Positions 58,788 to 64,000 of a stretch of DNA of 64,000 nucleotides are shown here, piece after piece; positions within the stretch are counted from its first letter, which is position 1; every line of letters starts with the position of its first letter. A program made the translations under genes and the position numbers. The notes below the pieces were generated by a model. It was not told the DNA's origin, ran no database searches, and worked only from the letters and a program-made list of their open reading frames with translations. Location of the stretch: the NCBI GenBank assembly GCA_963676835.2, contig CAXXFF010000003.1:160001-224000 (forward strand), written 5' to 3'. This DNA is from Marispirochaeta sp. (lineage in GTDB: Bacteria > Spirochaetota > Spirochaetia > JC444 > Marispirochaetaceae).

Positions 58788-58822
58788 TGAAGGCTTCCGG
58801 TCCGCCGGAAGCCTTCTTTGTT
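58788..58822 (+). terminator. Terminator after hflC
   Basis: GAAGGCTTCCGG-tccg-CCGGAAGCCTTC-TTTGTTT. Confidence 0.8.
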
Positions 58823-58858
58823 TACATAAATGTTACATCTGTGTTAATTTTTCACATC

Positions 58859-59680
58859 GTGAATAATGTTTTGTATGAAAAATTACTGACCCTGCACCAG
58901 CTGTCGGATCTTTTTAACAACCTTCCTTTTGATTTCTGGATTGTAGATTCGAGCAGATGTTATATATACCAGAATAAATTCAGCCTGGAGAACTGGGGCG
59001 ATGTTCTGGGTAAATCCATTGATGAGTTGAATGTAGAAGAAAGTATCAAGAAAATATGGCACCAGCAGCTTAACCGGGTTTTTGCCGGGGAGATTATCAA
59101 TAACGAGTATCTTGATGACCATTCCCGGCGCTGGTTTAAAACCATTATTTCCCCGGTGGGTAAGGATAATCAGATATCTGCAGTAGCCGGGGTTACCATC
59201 GATATAACTGAAACCAAGCAGAACCAGACAGATCTGGAGGAAAAAACAAAGGATCTTGAATCAATGAACCGCGTACTCCAGGTAATGGTAAGGGAATCCG
59301 AGGAGAATGCAATGAGGCAGGAGCAGAAGATTATCGGTCGAATCCGCAAGCAAACAATGCCCCTGCTCTCACTGCTCAAAAGCAGACATGCAGAAGAGGA
59401 AGAGTCCTCAGCCCTGATAGATGCGGTAATTACAAGTCTTCCAGTGAGCGAAATTAACAATCTGGAATCCCTCAAGAATTATCTCAGCCCCACTGAAGTA
59501 CAGATCGTAAGCCTCATTGAGCAGGAAAAAACATCAAAGGAAATTGCCGCCATGCTCAATATCGCTAAAAGTACGGTAGATACCCACAGGGATAATATCC
59601 GCAAAAAACTGAGCCTTAAACAGAAAGGCCTTTCACTGAAATCATTCATCCGCAGTGAACTGCAGAAAATAACTACATAA
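58859..59680 (+). CDS. PAS + LuxR-HTH transcriptional regulator
   Basis: PAS/PAC ending TIDITE; LSPTEVQIV...SKEIAAMLNIAKSTVDTHRDNIRKKL; start approximate. Confidence 0.85.
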   Translation: MNNVLYEKLLTLHQLSDLFNNLPFDFWIVDSSRCYIYQNKFSLENWGDVLGKSIDELNVEESIKKIWHQQLNRVFAGEIINNEYLDDHSRRWFKTIISPVGKDNQISAVAGVTIDITETKQNQTDLEEKTKDLESMNRVLQVMVRESEENAMRQEQKIIGRIRKQTMPLLSLLKSRHAEEEESSALIDAVITSLPVSEINNLESLKNYLSPTEVQIVSLIEQEKTSKEIAAMLNIAKSTVDTHRDNIRKKLSLKQKGLSLKSFIRSELQKITT

Positions 59681-59782
59681 CATCCATATTTTTTCCCTAT
59701 TATTGGGATATTTGTTTACCCCATGGACCATGTATCCCCATGGTAGGATTCCTGCAAAGATATTTTGCAAAAGGATTCTACC

Positions 59783-61003
59783 ATGAAAGTAACTCGTTTA
59801 TTTCCCATGCTGTTCACAGCTCTGTTGCTGGCAAGCCTGCTGTTCTTCCCCTCCTGCGAAGGTTCCGGATCCGGCAGCGGCACTCCCGGAGTATCCGACT
59901 GGAGCACCATTACTGTGGACAACTCTGCAGTGCTGGAAGCATCGCCCCTGCCGGAAGATATTACTCTTACTGTAAGCTATGATATTGAAGATGCAATGTG
60001 GGATGATTCCCACGACTATATTGCCGCTGTTTATTTCAATACCGGAAGCGGCAGCATATTTGAAATAAAAACTCAAACCTTAAGCGGACAGTCCGGCACA
60101 ATTTCCATCAGTTTTTCCATTGATGATACTTTCTTCGATGTTGTTACAGCCAACCCGTATGAAATGTTTGTAGAGCTTCAGGATCTTTCTACAAGCATAA
60201 AAACGGTTCTTGATTCCACAGACTACACCACTTTTTCTGCCGGTGCCCTTACTGCAAAATATGCAGGGTATATTCGTAACTACACTTCCGGTTATTCCGA
60301 AATCGAAATCAGCCTTCATCAGTACGGAAGTGCATTAACCGGAAGTTTGAAAGGAGAAGATACTTCCGGCGATCCGGTAACAGTCGATCTTTCAGGGACC
60401 GTGACAGGGGACGACATTAACCTTACCCTTTCCGGACCTTCCCTCGGGGGAAGTACAGGTTCAGTCACTTGTGTCGGTGTTGTGGATATCTATGGAGATG
60501 GACTTCATTTGGATTGTCAGGATTTCCAGAATCAGAGTGATTCATCCATAGGTGGCATGTTTCATGCAGATCGCATTGGTTTTGCCACTGTCACAGGAAC
60601 GGTAAATATCCCGGCAGATAATGCTGCAGCAATCCATACCGCTCTGGATGGAAAAGATTGGGCAGTAACCCTTATGTTCGACTTCGATGCAGAAAAACAC
60701 GGCGGTATCGGCTGGGCGGAAGCTGTTTGGGACAGCAGCAGTGAATCAATGAGCTACACTCTTTCAAAGATTCCCGATGGAGAATACTCGGTAGTTTTCC
60801 TTTCTGACTGTGGAGCCGACGGAAATGATGAGCCTACAGAAGGAGACTGCTTCGGCGTTGCAGGCTTGAGTGATGATGAAACAGAAACAATGTTTTTAAG
60901 CTGGGTTGGTGGTTCTACGCCTACAGCACCGACCATCACGGTAAGCGCCGGGAGTACCATTACTGCTGACGATATAGAACTATGGCTCATTGATTTACCC
61001 TGA
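59783..61003 (+). CDS. Acidic Ser/Thr/Asp-rich surface lipoprotein
   Basis: MKVTRLFPMLFTALLLASLLFFPSC lipoprotein-type signal. Confidence 0.65.
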   Translation: MKVTRLFPMLFTALLLASLLFFPSCEGSGSGSGTPGVSDWSTITVDNSAVLEASPLPEDITLTVSYDIEDAMWDDSHDYIAAVYFNTGSGSIFEIKTQTLSGQSGTISISFSIDDTFFDVVTANPYEMFVELQDLSTSIKTVLDSTDYTTFSAGALTAKYAGYIRNYTSGYSEIEISLHQYGSALTGSLKGEDTSGDPVTVDLSGTVTGDDINLTLSGPSLGGSTGSVTCVGVVDIYGDGLHLDCQDFQNQSDSSIGGMFHADRIGFATVTGTVNIPADNAAAIHTALDGKDWAVTLMFDFDAEKHGGIGWAEAVWDSSSESMSYTLSKIPDGEYSVVFLSDCGADGNDEPTEGDCFGVAGLSDDETETMFLSWVGGSTPTAPTITVSAGSTITADDIELWLIDLP

Positions 61004-61029
61004 CATTCAAAATCTTAAGGAGCAATAGT

Positions 61030-61290
61030 ATGGATACAAAAGCTGAAATAATGAGAGCCTACTCCAAGTTTGAGCAGGAAAACTACCAGGAAGCCATTAA
61101 CGCGAGCATTCTGCTTATACCGGAGCTTAACCGGGAGCTGCAGGGTCTTATGTATTTTCTGGTTACCAACTGCCATATGCAGATGGGGAATCACGAGGAA
61201 GCATATACTGCCTGCAAGCAGGCAGCTGAACGGGGAAACAGCGATGCAGAAGCTCATCTCCCGATGATTGAACAGCTTCTGGCAATGTAG
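61030..61290 (+). CDS. Small TPR/Sel1-like protein
   Basis: CHMQMGNHEEAYTACKQAAERGNSDA; AAGGAG RBS. Confidence 0.55.
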   Translation: MDTKAEIMRAYSKFEQENYQEAINASILLIPELNRELQGLMYFLVTNCHMQMGNHEEAYTACKQAAERGNSDAEAHLPMIEQLLAM

Positions 61291-61301
61291 GCAGACCGAC
61301 A

Positions 61302-61496
61302 ATGCTGCCGACAGAAATAACCGATCAGATTCGTGATCTCAGCACAAGTGAAATTGTAGAACACTGCACAAAAATTGCCGCCAACATCAATGCTATTACC
61401 ATGTCCGATACAGAAGAGGCGGCAAACATGGCCCAACTTCTACGGCTTATGCTGGAAGAGCTGCAGGACAGGGGTGTGGATCTCTCTTCGGTTTAA
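61302..61496 (+). CDS. Small hypothetical protein
   Basis: 64-aa helical ORF 11 bp after the previous gene. Confidence 0.45.
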   Translation: MLPTEITDQIRDLSTSEIVEHCTKIAANINAITMSDTEEAANMAQLLRLMLEELQDRGVDLSSV

Positions 61497-61564
61497 ATAA
61501 TCTCCCCGGTGTTTTTAAGATTATTATTGTCAGAAAAGACCGGGGTTGATTTCTCATAATATAA

Positions 61565-61737
61565 AAAACGGCTGATCACAGATTGGCCGTTTTTTATTGA
61601 AAAAAGCTGATTCATGATGCACATTTCGACATCAGACTGCCATCACTTTACGCCTGCATAATGGAGGAAATATGAAAACAATAACCCTGAGAAATATTGA
61701 CGAAAATCTGGATAAGACCCTGAAAAAACTATCCCGG
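61565..61737 (+). repeat. ~173-bp direct repeat, copy 1 (antitoxin leader and 5' end)
   Basis: Near-identical to 63299-63471, offset 1734 bp. Confidence 0.9.
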
Positions 61738-61779
61738 TATTCAGGTCTTCAGTTTCATTCTGCCGGAGTTCCCGGATAA
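61672..61779 (+). pseudogene. Truncated antitoxin copy (35 aa)
   Basis: First 20 codons encode the same residues as the 63406 antitoxin, then diverge to TAA. Confidence 0.7.
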
Positions 61780-61863
61780 AAATTGAATTATTGATTTTTT
61801 TTAAAAATGCGGAATATTCTTATATATAGGGCATATTAAAAATTAATTATAAGAGGTTCATTA

Positions 61864-62865
61864 ATGAAAAAAAATCTTTATGTTATTTTAATAATCCTCA
61901 CCGTCCTGTTCTATACAGGCTGCCCGGGTCCCGGCAGCGAAACCGCCCCCCCGACAACAGACAACAATGATGCAGATACAAAGATAACCCCTCCGGAACT
62001 TGTCAACGTTTCTGCAGGCACATTCCCTATGGGAAATCCGGATACAGGCTCACATTATTCAGAGTATCCGGTACATAGTGTTACCCTTGATGAGTATGAG
62101 ATTGGCAAGTATGAGGTTACAAATGCACAATTTGCTGAGGTTCTAAACTGGGCACTTGATAAGGGTTACATCAGCGTTATTGATAATGACAGATCAGCAC
62201 AGTATCAGGGAACTGAAGTGTATGATCTTGATGCTGGATATGTTCCCATTCAATTTGCAGGCGGAATATTTTCAGTAATTGAGGCGGCAAGAGAGAATCA
62301 CCCGGCGTCATCAATAATCTGGTACGGAGCGGTTGCTTACTGTAACTGGCTGAGTGAGGCAAACGGACTGGATGTATGTTATGATCTATCAACCTGGACC
62401 CAGACAGATAAAAATGCCGGAGGCTTCAGACTTCCCTCGGAGGCGGAATGGGAAAGAGCAGCAGCCTGGAAGGCAGAAACATCAACTTACTACAAGTACC
62501 CCAATAGTTCTAACACCTTAACTACCACTATAGCAAACTACGAAAATATAAACCCGTACAGTTTTACCGACATCCCATACACCGTTGAGATAGGGTATTA
62601 CACAGACCAGTTAAGTCCTGCCGGCTGTTACAACATGAGTGGAAATGTTGCCGAACTTGTGTATGACTGGTATGACCCGGATTACTATACAGCAGACGCA
62701 GTCACAAACCCCTTCGGACCCTCCGGGCCGGTCCCCTACCAGAACACTAAAGTATACAGAGGCGGCAGCTACTCTACATTTGACACCTATTGTACCACCT
62801 CAGCAAGATGGGCTATAGGACCGACAGGAGTCTCACAATCGGTGGGCTTCAGAATTGCCAGGTAA
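61864..62865 (+). CDS. FGE-sulfatase (SUMF1/PvdO-like) domain lipoprotein
   Basis: Lipobox YTGC; YEVTNAQF, RLPSEAEWE, NMSGNVAE, RGGS, VGFRIAR. Confidence 0.88.
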   Translation: MKKNLYVILIILTVLFYTGCPGPGSETAPPTTDNNDADTKITPPELVNVSAGTFPMGNPDTGSHYSEYPVHSVTLDEYEIGKYEVTNAQFAEVLNWALDKGYISVIDNDRSAQYQGTEVYDLDAGYVPIQFAGGIFSVIEAARENHPASSIIWYGAVAYCNWLSEANGLDVCYDLSTWTQTDKNAGGFRLPSEAEWERAAAWKAETSTYYKYPNSSNTLTTTIANYENINPYSFTDIPYTVEIGYYTDQLSPAGCYNMSGNVAELVYDWYDPDYYTADAVTNPFGPSGPVPYQNTKVYRGGSYSTFDTYCTTSARWAIGPTGVSQSVGFRIAR

Positions 62866-62867
62866 TC

Positions 62868-63284
62868 TCAGAATATCAGGTTTTGCTCCTGAACGGCCCG
62901 TCTAATCTGGTTGTGCTGGGTGTTCAGGTCGTTATTCCCATATTCACCAAATAGATTATCTACCGATCTGTGTACTCTGGAAACTGAATCTTCCAAGTCC
63001 GTAAAAAGTTCATGATGAACCCATTCGGAGCCGAGAAGCTTATAAACATCAGCCGCAAAGCCTTCGGAAGCGGTTAAGGTAATAAGTTTATTTGCAGGAT
63101 GTTCCGCTCCGGCATTTTGGATTCTGGCAAGAAGACTGCCTACCCTGCCCCAGGCTTCCTCATCGGAGGACTCCCTGAGACGGCCGCCCTTACGGGGAAA
63201 TACGGCAAAGGGCATCCCATCTATCAGCCCAAGCGTTGGTGCTGATTCTACGTCATCTCCAATAACAAGACCGGGGCTTGCAAT
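62868..63284 (-). pseudogene. Internal fragment of an SrkA/RdoA-like kinase
   Basis: FAVFPRKGGR...GSLLARI; lacks the N-terminus and the catalytic HGD region. Confidence 0.55.
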
Positions 63285-63298
63285 TTAACATAAAGTAT

Positions 63299-63471
63299 AA
63301 AACGGCTGATCACAGATTGGCCGTTTTTTATTGAAAAAAGCTGATTCATGATGCACATTTCGACATCAGACTGCCATCACTTTACGCCTGCATAATGGAG
63401 GAAATATGAAAACAATAACCCTGAGAAATATTGATGAAAATCTGGATAAGACCCTGAAAAAACTAGCCCGG
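63299..63471 (+). repeat. ~173-bp direct repeat, copy 2
   Basis: Near-identical to 61565-61737. Confidence 0.9.
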
Positions 63472-63663
63472 GAGACAGGTTTTTCGGTAAATTTCCTTAT
63501 TGTTTCTACCTTAAATGAAGCTCTGGGTTTAAATAAGAAAAAGTTCCATAAAGAGTATAACGACCTCGATTCATTGGCAGGGACCTGGAGCGTAGCAGAG
63601 CATGCGGAATTTTGCAGGAATACTGAAGGCTTCAACACTATCGATGAAGAAATGTGGACATGA
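63406..63663 (+). CDS. FitA/VapB-like antitoxin
   Basis: MKTITLRNIDENL...DLDSLAGTWS...IDEEMW; ATGA overlap with the PIN gene. Confidence 0.85.
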   Translation: MKTITLRNIDENLDKTLKKLARETGFSVNFLIVSTLNEALGLNKKKFHKEYNDLDSLAGTWSVAEHAEFCRNTEGFNTIDEEMWT

Positions 63664-64000
63664 AAAATATCTTAATAGATACAAATATATATTCTGCCTT
63701 TAAACTTGGTAACCGTGAAATTGTGAATGCATTCAGGACTATTGAAACAATCGGGATAAACTCAATTGTTCTTGGTGAGCTCTATGCCGGGTTTAAACTG
63801 GGAACACTTGAAGCCCAAAACAGGGCAGAACTTAATGCCTTTCTTGATACTACCAGAGTCTTGTTTTATTCGGTCGATGAGGTCACTGCGGAAATCTTTG
63901 CAGAGATATTTAAGACCTTAAGGCAGAAAAGAACACCGATTCCGACTAATGATATATGGATAGCTGCAACAGCAATGCAGCACGGCCTGGCGGTATATTC
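63660..64000 (+). CDS. vapC: VapC PIN toxin, 3'-truncated by window edge
   Basis: ILIDTNIYS, VLGELYAGF, PIPTNDIWIAATAMQH. Confidence 0.9.
   Translation, partial: MKNILIDTNIYSAFKLGNREIVNAFRTIETIGINSIVLGELYAGFKLGTLEAQNRAELNAFLDTTRVLFYSVDEVTAEIFAEIFKTLRQKRTPIPTNDIWIAATAMQHGLAVY

Noticed and set aside
58445..58858. N-terminal extension of the LuxR ORF
   Set aside because: Overlaps hflC and its terminator; incidental open frame.
61495..61552. Integron attC site
   Set aside because: An imperfect hairpin is present but RYYYAAC/GTTRRRY ends are lacking and no integron integrase is in the window.

Overview
Spirochaete-like chromosomal window (inferred from gene content, e.g. femX-murD-metG-hflKC and spirochaete-type hypotheticals). 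Housekeeping and metabolic genes (paaK x2, rdgB, pepF, ilvC, dxs, murD, metG, hflKC, a TRAP/kduD/uxaA sugar-acid cluster, two vapBC pairs) surround two accessory blocks. The first is an 8,188-bp element integrated in tRNA-Leu(GAG) and bounded by a perfect 56-bp direct repeat (6775-6830 / 14963-15018). It encodes a tyrosine integrase, regulators, an iteron-containing replication initiator, an HK97-type capsid, a prohead protease, a small-terminase-like protein and a 640-aa tape-measure-like protein. It has no portal, large terminase, tail or lysis genes, so it looks like a compact phage satellite that may supply its own head shell and tail ruler. A tandem GGTGGCC-N4/5-GGTGGCY motif occurs five times, at its ends and module boundaries. 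The second block (20.9-32.0 kb) is a putative surface-polysaccharide locus: deacetylase/beta-barrel fusion, GH16, STAS, a degenerate MBL-GGDEF-REC protein, and a 1735-aa processive GT2/glycoside-hydrolase fusion preceded by a phased A_AAA_AAG slippery site. Smaller finds include an unlisted 29-aa bS22/COX24-like ORF, tRNA-derived tandem repeats, sigma-54-type promoter motifs and a duplicated antitoxin 5' end. All protein calls come from motif recognition by eye; no database searches were run.
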